From contig CANRCX010000002.1 in the NCBI GenBank assembly GCA_947629235.1, positions 20,824 to 84,823 of the forward strand: a DNA stretch of 64,000 nucleotides, given 5' to 3'. Shown piece after piece: positions 1 through 9,389 of the stretch. The position numbers and the translations under genes were made by a program. The DNA comes from an uncultured Bacilli bacterium. GTDB taxonomy: Bacteria > Bacillota_I > Bacilli_A > RF39 > UBA660. A model generated the notes under the pieces. It saw only the letters and a program-made list of their open reading frames with translations. It did no database searches and was not told the DNA's origin. Position 1 is the stretch's first letter. Each line of letters starts with the position of its first letter.

Positions 1-1
1 T

Positions 2-493
2 ATGAATAATAATGAATATAATGTAGAAGAAGATTCTATTAGATTTAGGGTAATTGCTAATAGTAATTCTGCAAAAGATATCATAATGAAAGAAAAAGTA
101 GTTAATGAATTATCTAATATGCTTTTTGATAAAGAAAGAACATTTGATGAAACAAATAAAAATATCTATTCTAATTTAAAAAAAATTGAAAATAAAATAG
201 ATACATTATTTGAAAAAAATAATTATAATAAAGTTTATAATATTTCTTATGGATTAAATGAATTTCCTAAAAAAGAATATAGAGGTAAAACATATCCAGC
301 AGGAACTTATAAATCTCTTGTAATTGAAATAGGAGAAGCTAAAGGTAATAATTATTTTTGTATATTATATCCATCTTTATGTATGTTAGATTATAAAGAA
401 ATAAATGAAAGCTATGAAAAAGAAAAAACAAATGAAAATAAAAATATAGAATATAAATTTAAAATAGTAGATTTATTTAAAAATATGTTTTAA
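2..493 (+). CDS. spoIIR: Stage II sporulation protein R (SpoIIR), probably 5'-truncated by the window edge
   Basis: IRFRVIANSNS and YPAGTYKSLVIEIGEAKGNNYFCILYPSLCM match the SpoIIR signature (IRLHVIANSD ... GxGxNWWCVxFPPLC). No signal peptide is visible, so the true start is likely upstream of base 1. Confidence 0.8.
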   Translation: MNNNEYNVEEDSIRFRVIANSNSAKDIIMKEKVVNELSNMLFDKERTFDETNKNIYSNLKKIENKIDTLFEKNNYNKVYNISYGLNEFPKKEYRGKTYPAGTYKSLVIEIGEAKGNNYFCILYPSLCMLDYKEINESYEKEKTNENKNIEYKFKIVDLFKNMF

Positions 494-583
494 TGTCAAA
501 AAAAGGGTGAAAAAGCATATAATTCATTGATTATTCTTACTTTTAATAGTATATTATTATTAAAGAAAGGCATTAGGTGGATT

Positions 584-1837
584 ATGTCAAAAATAACTAT
601 AGAAGGTGGACATCAATTATCTGGTGAAATTAAAATAAGTGGTGCTAAAAATAGTGCAGTCGCACTTCTTCCAGCATCAATATTAGCTAATAAAAAAAGT
701 GTTATTTATAATGTACCAGAAATTAAAGATATAGATTATTTAATAAAAATAATGGAACTTTTAAATTGTAAGATAGAACATAAAGAAGATGCATTATATA
801 TAGATTCATCAGAAATAAAAAACATTCCAATTCCTGAAGAATTAAGTGTACAAATGAGAGCATCTTATTATTTTATGGGAGCATTACTTGCAAAATTTGG
901 TCATGTAGAAATATCTTTTCCAGGTGGATGTAATATAGGAGCAAGACCAATAGATATTCATATTAAAGGTTTTGAAGAATTAGGTGCTAAAGTAGAAATA
1001 AATAAAAATAGATATAGTATAACTGCTAAAAAATTAATAGGTAAAAAAATATATTTTGATTTTCCAAGTGTAGGAGCAACAATAAATATAATGTTAGCAG
1101 CAACTGGAGCAGAAGGGACAACTATTATAGAAAATGCAGCTATGGAACCTGAAATAGTTAATGTTGCTTCGTTCTTAATAAATATGGGATTTAAAGTACG
1201 TGGAGCAGGTACTAAAAGAATAGAAATAGAAGGATGTCCAAAAGTAAAAGATGGAGTAATTGAAGTATTTCCAGATAGAATAGAATGTGGAACATTTGTA
1301 ATAATGGGAGCATTACTTGGAAATAATTTAAAAATTAAAGGAATAATTAAAGAACATATAGAAGCGTTACTTATGAAATTAACAGAAATAGGTGTTAAAT
1401 ATAAAATAGAAGAAGATGTAATGACAATTTCTAAATGTGAAAATATTAAACCTACTTATATAAAGACTTTAGTATTTCCAGGTTTTCCAACAGATTTACA
1501 ACAACCAATGACAACTCTATTAACACAAGCTAAAGGTAAATCAATAATAGAAGAAACTTTATATGAAAATAGATTCAAAAATACATATGATTTAAATAGA
1601 ATGGGTGCAATTACTAATGTATTATCATTACATAAATTAGAAATAACAGGTCCTAGAAAATTAAAAGGAACAAAAGTAATAGCAACTGATCTTCGTGGTG
1701 GAGCTTCTTTGTTAATTGCAGGATTAATAGCAGAAGGGACAACAGAAATAGAAAGTTGTGATGTTATATTAAGAGGATATAGTCATATAACATCAAAATT
1801 AAAATCAATAGGTGCTAAAATAGAAATAACTGAGTAA
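584..1837 (+). CDS. murA: UDP-N-acetylglucosamine 1-carboxyvinyltransferase
   Basis: The N-terminus MSKITIEGG..GEIKISGAKNSAVALLPA and the active-site loop PGGCNIGARPIDIH (catalytic Cys) fit MurA. An AGGTGG RBS lies just upstream of ATG 584. The start at 527 in the ORF track looks like an in-frame upstream extension. Confidence 0.93.
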   Translation: MSKITIEGGHQLSGEIKISGAKNSAVALLPASILANKKSVIYNVPEIKDIDYLIKIMELLNCKIEHKEDALYIDSSEIKNIPIPEELSVQMRASYYFMGALLAKFGHVEISFPGGCNIGARPIDIHIKGFEELGAKVEINKNRYSITAKKLIGKKIYFDFPSVGATINIMLAATGAEGTTIIENAAMEPEIVNVASFLINMGFKVRGAGTKRIEIEGCPKVKDGVIEVFPDRIECGTFVIMGALLGNNLKIKGIIKEHIEALLMKLTEIGVKYKIEEDVMTISKCENIKPTYIKTLVFPGFPTDLQQPMTTLLTQAKGKSIIEETLYENRFKNTYDLNRMGAITNVLSLHKLEITGPRKLKGTKVIATDLRGGASLLIAGLIAEGTTEIESCDVILRGYSHITSKLKSIGAKIEITE

Positions 1838-1857
1838 ACTTTAATAGGTGATTATCT

Positions 1858-2454
1858 ATGAAAAGAAAAATACTAGTTATTTTTTTATTGCTTATACCAT
1901 TATCTTATCTTATATATAAAATTACTTTTAATGAAACAAAAGATATTTTAGTTTTTGGAGATAATTATTTATTAACAAAAGAAAATAGTTCATACTTAGA
2001 AAATTTAGATAGAGATAAATATAATATAAATACGTTTACTTATGATAATATAACATATAAAGAAATGCTAAAAAAAATAAAATCTAATGATTATATAATA
2101 ATTAAAAATAAAGAAGTATATTTAAATCAATTAATATCTAAAGCAGAATATATAATAATTAATGCTAATAATAAAGAATATTTTAATAAATGTAAAAAAA
2201 ATGATAATATAATAAAAAATTATAATGATTTTATAAATAATGATATAACAAATCTATATAATTTAATTAATAAAATATCAAATGCTAAAATAATAGTAAT
2301 AGGAAATTATTGTAAAATAGATAAAAATGAAGAAACAAAATTTGTAATAAAAAATAAAAAAATAGAATTTATAGACTTATTTAATAAATATAAAGATAAA
2401 AAATTACAAACACAAATATACAATAATCTAACTAATATTATAAATAAAAACTAG
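1858..2454 (+). CDS. Hypothetical N-terminally membrane-anchored or secreted protein
   Basis: It has a hydrophobic N-terminus (ILVIFLLLIPLSYLIY) and a Lys/Asn-rich body. I recognised no catalytic motif; VFGDNY only weakly recalls the SGNH block I. Confidence 0.45.
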   Translation: MKRKILVIFLLLIPLSYLIYKITFNETKDILVFGDNYLLTKENSSYLENLDRDKYNINTFTYDNITYKEMLKKIKSNDYIIIKNKEVYLNQLISKAEYIIINANNKEYFNKCKKNDNIIKNYNDFINNDITNLYNLINKISNAKIIVIGNYCKIDKNEETKFVIKNKKIEFIDLFNKYKDKKLQTQIYNNLTNIINKN

Positions 2455-2558
2455 AAAAGCAACGATTTTACTTGATTTTTAAAAAAAATGTCTGTATAAT
2501 ACTAAACGAAGTTATTTCTATAACTATCAATTAGTTATGGCGAGGAGGATAAGAAAAT

Positions 2559-2759
2559 ATGAAAAAGGGAATACATCCAGTACAAAAAGTATGTAAAGTT
2601 AAATGTGCTTGTGGAAATGAATTTGAAGTTAAATCAACAAAAGATGAAATACAATTAGAATCTTGTAATAAATGTCATTCATTCTATACAGGAAAATACA
2701 AAACAGTTAAAACTGGAAATGTACAAAAATTTAAAGACAAATATGGAATCACTGATTAA
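2559..2759 (+). CDS. rpmE: 50S ribosomal protein L31
   Basis: MKKGIHP... start, the Cys pairs KCAC and CNKC, and HSFYTGK fit L31. A GAGGAGG RBS lies upstream. Confidence 0.93.
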   Translation: MKKGIHPVQKVCKVKCACGNEFEVKSTKDEIQLESCNKCHSFYTGKYKTVKTGNVQKFKDKYGITD

Positions 2760-2772
2760 TAGTGATTTTTTA
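2748..2772 (+). terminator. Rho-independent terminator after rpmE
   Basis: ATCACT-gattaat-AGTGAT hairpin overlapping the stop codon, followed by a T run. Confidence 0.55.
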
Positions 2773-2788
2773 TTTAAGAGGTTAAAAT

Positions 2789-3052
2789 ATGAAAATTAAT
2801 AATCAAGAAGTTAATATAGATGATTTATTTAATCAAAAATATATGCATAAAGAAATAAATAAGGGTATATATTTATCAGATTATCAAATGGAAGTATTAT
2901 TAAAATATGGTATAGATGCTACTAAATGTGGGAGTATCAATGAACTTATTTATCAAATTGATGAAGTATTAGACGAAGAAGATGAAGAAGATTTAGATAT
3001 AGTATCAAGAGAAATAAATGAATTTAATTATTATCATAATACTAATAAATAA
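2789..3052 (+). CDS. Hypothetical small acidic protein
   Basis: 87-aa ORF with an AAGAGG RBS and an acidic patch (DEEDEEDLD). No family recognised. Confidence 0.45.
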   Translation: MKINNQEVNIDDLFNQKYMHKEINKGIYLSDYQMEVLLKYGIDATKCGSINELIYQIDEVLDEEDEEDLDIVSREINEFNYYHNTNK

Positions 3053-3072
3053 AATTAATCTGGGGGTAAAAT

Positions 3073-3852
3073 ATGATAGATGAAAAATTAAAATTAATAA
3101 TAGAAAAATTCTTAAATAATACAGATATTAAAGATTATATTGGAATAATAGTTTATGGTAGTTATGTTAAAGGAACTTCAAATGAATTATCAGATTTAGA
3201 TTTAATGATTATAAAAGATAATTACGATTCTATTGATTGTGGAAGTATTAATATTGATAATATTAGAGTTGAATACTTTATAGAACCAATAAAATATTTA
3301 TATGAAAAATCTAAATCAGAAGTAGAAAATAATGATCCATCACATTTAACTAAATTTAGAACTGCAAAAATATATTGTGATAAAGATGGTAAAATTGAAG
3401 AATTTTTATCTTTTATAAAAAATATTTATGAAACAAAAATAAATCAAACTTTTGACGAATATGATAAATTTTCTATATTTTCAATTAAAAATAGATTAGA
3501 AGATTTATATGTTTTAATAAATGATGTAAGTTTTTATTCAGTATATTTTTATACTTTAGAAAAAATTAGATTAGAATATTCAAAAATAAAAGGAATAATA
3601 GAACTTCCTTTTACTAAAATAGAAAGACTTTATACAGATCAAGAATATGCAAAAAAATATATTAATTCAGAAATACATAATTTACCAGATGATGAGTTTA
3701 TTTCTAAATATTTAGAATGTTTAAAAATAGATAATCCTGAACTTATGTATAACAAAATAAATGAATTATATGATTATGCATTTAATAATTTAGATTTTGA
3801 TTCATCATCATTTATATTAAAATTTAAGAAAAATCCACCATTTAAATTATAA
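3073..3852 (+). CDS. Nucleotidyltransferase-domain protein (KNTase/ANT-like architecture)
   Basis: The minimal NTase motif GIIVYGSYVKGTSNELSDLDLMII (GS..DxD) is followed by a helical C-terminal half. A GGGGG RBS is present. Confidence 0.55.
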   Translation: MIDEKLKLIIEKFLNNTDIKDYIGIIVYGSYVKGTSNELSDLDLMIIKDNYDSIDCGSINIDNIRVEYFIEPIKYLYEKSKSEVENNDPSHLTKFRTAKIYCDKDGKIEEFLSFIKNIYETKINQTFDEYDKFSIFSIKNRLEDLYVLINDVSFYSVYFYTLEKIRLEYSKIKGIIELPFTKIERLYTDQEYAKKYINSEIHNLPDDEFISKYLECLKIDNPELMYNKINELYDYAFNNLDFDSSSFILKFKKNPPFKL

Positions 3853-3895
3853 TTATTAGATTGAAAAAAATATACTTTTTTGCTATCATATAATT

Positions 3896-4699
3896 ATGAA
3901 AAATAAGAATATAATATATATAATTGGTTTTATGTTAATAACATTAATCATAGCAATAATGTATTTATTTAGATATAGTACCATTACAATCAATAAAGAT
4001 TTATTAAATACAAAATGGTATAAATATAATAATACAACTGGTTACTATGATGTTTTTGAATTAACAGAAAATAGCTTTAATTATTATAAAGCAGATAATA
4101 CAAACAATCCTAATGAATATGATAATTGTAAAAATTATAGATATAATAAAATGACAAAAACTTTTACATTAGATTGTAATAAAAAAGTAAAAATATCTAG
4201 TTATTCAAAAGATAAATTAGTACTTGAAATAGATAATAAACCACAAACATTCTTTAATAATATAAATGCATCTATTAATTATGAATTTGAACTTGTTTTT
4301 GGTAAAAGTATGATAGATTATAAAAAAGAAAAATCTCAAATATTAGAAACTATTAAAATAAATGAACAAAAATTATTAGAAGTATTAAAAGAAAATGAAT
4401 ATTCTAAAATAATATTTATGGGTGATAAATGTACAAGTGTAGATTGTGTTCTTTCACTTGATATAATAGAAAAAAATAATACTCAAACAATAAATATGTA
4501 TTATTTTGATTATTCAGACATTACAAATCAATTATTAAATAAATTAAATCAAATAGATAATAAATTTGAACGAGATTTAAATTTTTATAATGGATTATAT
4601 CCAAGAATAATTATTGTTAAAAATAATAAGTTAGTTGATACATATGAACTTCAATGTCAAGGATTTAATTGTAATAAGTATAATATTAATGAATTTTAA
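3896..4699 (+). CDS. Hypothetical membrane-anchored protein
   Basis: A single N-terminal TM (IIYIIGFMLITLIIAIMYLF) is followed by a Cys-containing extracytoplasmic domain. No family recognised. Confidence 0.45.
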   Translation: MKNKNIIYIIGFMLITLIIAIMYLFRYSTITINKDLLNTKWYKYNNTTGYYDVFELTENSFNYYKADNTNNPNEYDNCKNYRYNKMTKTFTLDCNKKVKISSYSKDKLVLEIDNKPQTFFNNINASINYEFELVFGKSMIDYKKEKSQILETIKINEQKLLEVLKENEYSKIIFMGDKCTSVDCVLSLDIIEKNNTQTINMYYFDYSDITNQLLNKLNQIDNKFERDLNFYNGLYPRIIIVKNNKLVDTYELQCQGFNCNKYNINEF

Positions 4700-4772
4700 G
4701 ATATAAACACCTTATTTTCACTAAAATTTCATAATATAATATTATATTAATTGTGTAGAGGTGAAATATAGT

Positions 4773-5435
4773 ATGAAAGTATTGATTGTTGATGATGAAA
4801 AATTAATAAGAGATGTTATAAAAGAATATTGTATTGGAAATAAATATGATATTTTAGAAGCAGAAAATGGTGTTGAAGCTGTAGAAAAAGCAGCAGATGC
4901 AGATATCATTATAATGGATATTATGATGCCTAAAATGGATGGCTTTTCTGCATATAAAATAATTAAAGAAAGATATAATACTCCAACTATAATGTTATCA
5001 GCTCGTGGTGAAGAATACGATATTCTAGCTGGATTTGATTTAGGTATAGATGATTATATGACTAAACCATTTAGCCCAAAAGAATTAATGGCTAGAATAA
5101 ATGCAGTCATCAAAAGATATAGGGGAGAAGATAGTACATTTGTATATAAAGATTTAAAAGTAGATTTTTTAGGTCATTCAGTTTATATAAAAGGTGAAGA
5201 AGTACCACTAACACCAAAAGAATACGATTTACTTGTATATTTTATAAATAATAAAGGTATAGCTTTATCAAGAGAACAATTATTAAACAATGTATGGAAT
5301 TATGATTATTTAGGTAATGATAGAACTATAGATACACATATAAAAATGTTAAGAAATAATTTAGGAGAATACAGAAATTTAATAACAACTGTAAGAAGAA
5401 TGGGGTATAAATTTGAAATCAAAGATAGTAAATAA
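4773..5435 (+). CDS. OmpR/PhoB-family response regulator
   Basis: Receiver domain (MKVLIVDDE .. IIIMDIMMPKMDG .. KPF) plus a winged-helix C-terminus (LTPKEYDLL .. VRRMGYKF). ATG 4773 sits downstream of a GAGGTG RBS; GTG 4761 lies inside that RBS. Confidence 0.9.
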   Translation: MKVLIVDDEKLIRDVIKEYCIGNKYDILEAENGVEAVEKAADADIIIMDIMMPKMDGFSAYKIIKERYNTPTIMLSARGEEYDILAGFDLGIDDYMTKPFSPKELMARINAVIKRYRGEDSTFVYKDLKVDFLGHSVYIKGEEVPLTPKEYDLLVYFINNKGIALSREQLLNNVWNYDYLGNDRTIDTHIKMLRNNLGEYRNLITTVRRMGYKFEIKDSK

Positions 5436-6816
5436 ATTTAGTAAAATAAGAAACATGATTTTAGCTTCTTTTATATGTCTTATAGCAATAATTTTATTGC
5501 TACTTTTCTTGATGCAAATTGTTTCATTAAATAAATATTATGAAGTATATAAGACAAAACAACTTTCATCTATTGTAGAAAAAATAAAGAAAGAAGATAA
5601 AATAAGTACTGAGTATTTAGAAAATATAGCTTATGATAATGGTATTTGTATATCTATAGTAGAACATGGTAATAAAACACCTATATCTACAATTTATAAC
5701 AGAGGTTGTATTTTTAGTGATAAAAAAAGTAGTTATAATTATATAGATAAATTTATAACAAGTAATAAAGAAGAAGAAACATATTTATTAGAAAATACTA
5801 GATATAATAACAAAACATTAATAAAAGCATTAAAATATGATGATGAAACATATATATTTTTAAATACATCAATAGAACCTTTAGATTCATCAATAACATT
5901 AATTAAAAGTCAATATGGATATATATTATTAGTATTATTTTTAGTATCTGTTTTAATGGCATTATATTTATCAGATAAAATTTCAAAACCAATAACTGAA
6001 CTTAGCGATTCTGCTAAAAAATTAGCAAAAGGAAAGTTTGATACTAAATTTGAAACAACAAGTGAAATAGAAGAAATAAAAGAATTATCAAATGCACTTG
6101 AACTTGCTAAAGATGAACTTTCTAAAACAGATGAATTAAGAAAAGATTTAATGGCAAATGTAGGTCATGATTTAAGGACACCGCTTACTATGATTAAAGC
6201 ATATGCTGAAATGAGTAGAGATTTAGAAACTCAAACAGAAGAAAAAAGAAAAGAAAATATGAGTATTATAATTGAAGAAACAGATAGATTGAATGTTTTA
6301 GTTAGTGATATATTAGATTTATCTAAATTACAATCTAATACTTATGAATTAAAAATAGAAGAATTTGATTTAATAGAACTAATAAAAAATATTATTAAAA
6401 GATATTATATACTTATTGATAGTGAAGGTTATATATTTGAATTTAATAATAAACAAGAGAAAATAATAGTTAGTGCTGATAAAAAAAGAATAGAACAAGT
6501 AATATATAATCTTATTAATAATGCAGTAAATTATACTGGTAAAAATAAGAAAGTATATATAAATGTAAAAGAAAATAAAAATAATGTTAGAGTTGAAATT
6601 AAGGATACAGGAAAAGGTTTAGATAAAGAAGAAATAGATAAAATATGGAATAAATATTATCATAATGAGAAAAAACATAAAAGAAATACATTTGGTACAG
6701 GACTTGGACTTTCTATTGTAAAAACAATTCTAGAAACACATGGATATAAGTATGGAGTTAATAGTGTAAAAGGAAAGGGAACAACATTTTATTTTGAGAT
6801 TAACAAATCTAAATAA
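5413..6816 (+). CDS. Sensor histidine kinase (HisKA + HATPase_c)
   Basis: Two TM segments, the H-box MANVGHDLRTPLT, an N box NLINNAVNYT, and G boxes DTGKGL / GTGLGLSIV. The TTG start overlaps the response regulator stop by 23 nt. ATG 5455 is an alternative start. Confidence 0.88.
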   Translation: MKSKIVNKFSKIRNMILASFICLIAIILLLLFLMQIVSLNKYYEVYKTKQLSSIVEKIKKEDKISTEYLENIAYDNGICISIVEHGNKTPISTIYNRGCIFSDKKSSYNYIDKFITSNKEEETYLLENTRYNNKTLIKALKYDDETYIFLNTSIEPLDSSITLIKSQYGYILLVLFLVSVLMALYLSDKISKPITELSDSAKKLAKGKFDTKFETTSEIEEIKELSNALELAKDELSKTDELRKDLMANVGHDLRTPLTMIKAYAEMSRDLETQTEEKRKENMSIIIEETDRLNVLVSDILDLSKLQSNTYELKIEEFDLIELIKNIIKRYYILIDSEGYIFEFNNKQEKIIVSADKKRIEQVIYNLINNAVNYTGKNKKVYINVKENKNNVRVEIKDTGKGLDKEEIDKIWNKYYHNEKKHKRNTFGTGLGLSIVKTILETHGYKYGVNSVKGKGTTFYFEINKSK

Positions 6817-6854
6817 TTTTGCTATAATAGAGAAAAGAATATTTAGGAGAAATT

Positions 6855-8381
6855 ATGAAGACTTATGTTTGTAAAAATTGTGGATATATTGAAACAAAAG
6901 ATGAATTAGAAGATGATTATGTTTGTCCAAAATGTAATGCTTTAAAAGACTCATTTGAAGTGTTTGAAGAAAATTTGGCAGAAAATGAAATAGATGCTAT
7001 TGTTGATTCTGTTATAGAAGATGCAATAGAAAATAACAAACCATCAAAAATAATTAATGATACAAATGAAGAAGAAAAAAGTATTAGAATTAGTGAATAT
7101 AATCATGCTATTTCTAGAATACCTGAAAAATGTATTAATTGTGGACAATGTAAAAAAACGTGTGAAAATATAGTTAATTTAAGATATGATCTAAATAAAT
7201 GTAAAGAACCAATATGTATAGCTTGTGGACAATGTATTTTAAATTGTCCAACTGGAGCATTAACACCAAAATATGATTATAAAGAAGTAAAAGAAATAGT
7301 AGATGCCAATGATAAAATAGTAGTAGCAATTATATCTCCTGCAGTTAGAGTATCAATTGGAGAATGTTTTGGATTAGAACCTGGTGCAAATTCAGAAAAA
7401 AAATTAGTAAGTGCATTAAAACAATTAGGTTTTGATTATGTATTTGATACAGCATTTGGAGCAGATTTAACTGTACTTGAAGAAGTTGCTGAATTTACAG
7501 AAAGATTAAAAAATAAAAAAGCTTTACCACAATTTACTAGTTGTTGTCCAGCATGGGTTAGATATGCAGAAATATACCATCCAGAATTATTAGAGAATTT
7601 ATCAACTTGTAAAAGTCCAATTGGTATGCAATGTGCAATTATAAAAAGCTATTTTTGTGAAAAGAAAGGATTTGATCCTGCTAAAATAGTAACAGTTGCA
7701 ATAACACCATGTACAGCTAAAAAAATGGAAGCTCGTGAATATACATTAAATATAGATTATGTATTAACAGCCAGTGAAATAGAATTATTATTGAAAGAAG
7801 AAGAAATTAAATTAGATGAACTAGAAGATAAAGACTTTGATCAAATAATGGGCGAAAGTAGTGGAGCCGGAGTAATATTTGGAGCAACTGGTGGTGTTTG
7901 TGAATCAATTATTAGAACATTATATAAAATAATGACAAAAAGAAATTTAACAAAGAATGCTCTTAGATTTGAAAGCTTAGAAGGATTTAATGGTATAAAA
8001 GAAGCAAATATAATAATTGGCAAATCAAAAATTAAAGTAGCAGTTGTACAACAAATGGAAAATTTAGAAAAATTATTAGAAAATGATTATTATAAAAATT
8101 TTCATTTAATAGAAGTTATGAATTGTAAAGGTGGATGTATTGGTGGTGGTGGACAACCATTATGTCAAATACCTAAATTAGATGAATATAGAGAAAAGAG
8201 AAGTAAAGGATTATTTAAAATAGATGAGTCAAGAGCAGTAAGAAGTGCACATGACAATACAGAAATAAAAATGCTATATAAAGAATATTTAAAAAATCCA
8301 ATGAGTGATATAAGTTTTAAATTACTTCATACTTCATTTTCAGATAAAAGTAATCTATTAAATGATAAAAATAAAAAGTAG
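6855..8381 (+). CDS. hydA: [FeFe] hydrogenase with an N-terminal rubredoxin-like Zn-ribbon/Cys4 module and two 4Fe-4S ferredoxin motifs
   Basis: H-cluster motifs TSCCPAW, ITPCTAKKMEA and EVMNCKGGCIGGGGQP are present. Ferredoxin motifs are CINCGQCKKTC and CIACGQCILNCP. The N-terminus carries CKNCGY..CPKC. Confidence 0.88.
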   Translation: MKTYVCKNCGYIETKDELEDDYVCPKCNALKDSFEVFEENLAENEIDAIVDSVIEDAIENNKPSKIINDTNEEEKSIRISEYNHAISRIPEKCINCGQCKKTCENIVNLRYDLNKCKEPICIACGQCILNCPTGALTPKYDYKEVKEIVDANDKIVVAIISPAVRVSIGECFGLEPGANSEKKLVSALKQLGFDYVFDTAFGADLTVLEEVAEFTERLKNKKALPQFTSCCPAWVRYAEIYHPELLENLSTCKSPIGMQCAIIKSYFCEKKGFDPAKIVTVAITPCTAKKMEAREYTLNIDYVLTASEIELLLKEEEIKLDELEDKDFDQIMGESSGAGVIFGATGGVCESIIRTLYKIMTKRNLTKNALRFESLEGFNGIKEANIIIGKSKIKVAVVQQMENLEKLLENDYYKNFHLIEVMNCKGGCIGGGGQPLCQIPKLDEYREKRSKGLFKIDESRAVRSAHDNTEIKMLYKEYLKNPMSDISFKLLHTSFSDKSNLLNDKNKK

Positions 8382-8438
8382 AAAATTTGACAAATATTTA
8401 CAATTTTTTACTTTTTTTAATTTTTTTTAAAAAAAGTG

Positions 8439-8467
8439 TTGACATTATAAAATATTATTGATACAAT
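8439..8467 (+). promoter_or_regulatory. Consensus-like sigma-A promoter (TTGACA, 17-nt spacer, TGaTACAAT) inside the 565-bp hydA-downstream gap
   Basis: TTGACA is at 8439-8444 and TACAAT at 8462-8467, with TG at 8459-8460 (extended -10). Confidence 0.55.
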
Positions 8468-8891
8468 AGACTTGTCCAATAGAGATAATATAAATATTTA
8501 AAATCTATATATCTTTATTAAATTTAAATATTTAATTTAGATTGATGATATTTTGATATTATATATTATCATAGTGAAAAAATTCTATAAATATTTATTA
8601 TCTTATAGATATAAATATTATAATGAATTTATATGTTTATGTTAGCATTAACTTGTTAATGTTTATATATGAATAGTTATATTATTTTAAAAAAATGTTT
8701 ATAAGAAATAAATAATCTTATTAATTTAAGATATAGAATACTTATCTACTAAGGACAAATGATATATCGTTGAGAAAGTTAAACTCAAAATGATAAGGAA
8801 TTATGCTAAATACTGATAATATTTAGGAATATTTATATTAAAGTAATAAAACTTTAATATAAATGATTATAATTGTTTTTTCAGAAACTCG

Positions 8892-8926
8892 AAGCAATCA
8901 AGTTTTATCAGGACTGGTTGCTTTTT
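8892..8926 (+). terminator. Terminator/attenuator-like hairpin about 20 nt upstream of the 8947 start codon
   Basis: AAGCAATCA ... TGGTTGCTT (one G-U pair) is followed by TTTTT. The AAGGAAG RBS of the next ORF follows directly. Confidence 0.5.
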
Positions 8927-8946
8927 GTGTATAAGGAAGTGATTTT

Positions 8947-9303
8947 ATGAGATATATTTTAATATTTGGTGTAACTATTATTTTGACATTATTAATATTA
9001 TTTTATCCACAAAAATATTTAGCAAAATATGAAAATGAAATTAATATTGAATATGATTTTAAAGATGAAGGATATAATTGGAATTATGATATTAATAATG
9101 ACAATATAGTTTTAAAAGAAAATAATGGTGATAAATGGACATTTATACCAAATAAGAATGGAACATCTACAATTACATTTACATATTCTAAAGATGATAA
9201 TATAAAATATAAAATAACATATGATTTAAAAATTAAAGGTAAAAAAATATATTGGTTAAATGGAGAAGGATCTGGATTGTTTAGTTATCCTAATCCTTAT
9301 TAA
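8947..9303 (+). CDS. Small secreted or anchored protein, possibly a chagasin-like (I42) protease inhibitor fold
   Basis: It has an N-terminal TM/signal segment. EGYNWNY and KWTFIPNKNGTSTITFTY loosely recall I42 inhibitor motifs. This is a weak call. Confidence 0.35.
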   Translation: MRYILIFGVTIILTLLILFYPQKYLAKYENEINIEYDFKDEGYNWNYDINNDNIVLKENNGDKWTFIPNKNGTSTITFTYSKDDNIKYKITYDLKIKGKKIYWLNGEGSGLFSYPNPY

Positions 9304-9389
9304 AAAGCTTATAAATATACATATTAATTTAAAAATATGTATATTTTTTTATTTAATTGTGTTATTATATAATTAGAGGTGATATGTAA

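Noticed and set aside
3073-3852. Calling the NTase-domain protein an aminoglycoside resistance determinant (ANT(4')/KNTase).
   Set aside because: Only the generic GS..DxD nucleotidyltransferase motif and overall size match. That is not enough to infer substrate or resistance.
7841-8023. Antisense or overlapping short ORFs from the track. Examples are 7841-8023, 11889-12200, 15025-15279, 15111-15305, 15324-15551, 15716-15907, 19159-19563, 21539-21892, 22867-23079, 28310-28516, 28709-28966, 33653-33913, 38324-38584, 39583-39765, 40093-40275, 41262-41486, 48727-49020, 49549-49791, 53769-54167, 59649-59834, 60527-60739 and 61601-61804.
   Set aside because: Each lies inside, and antisense to or out of frame with, a longer ORF that has clear family motifs. 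They lack an RBS and have low-complexity Leu/Ile/Phe/Ser-rich translations typical of shadow ORFs in AT-rich DNA.
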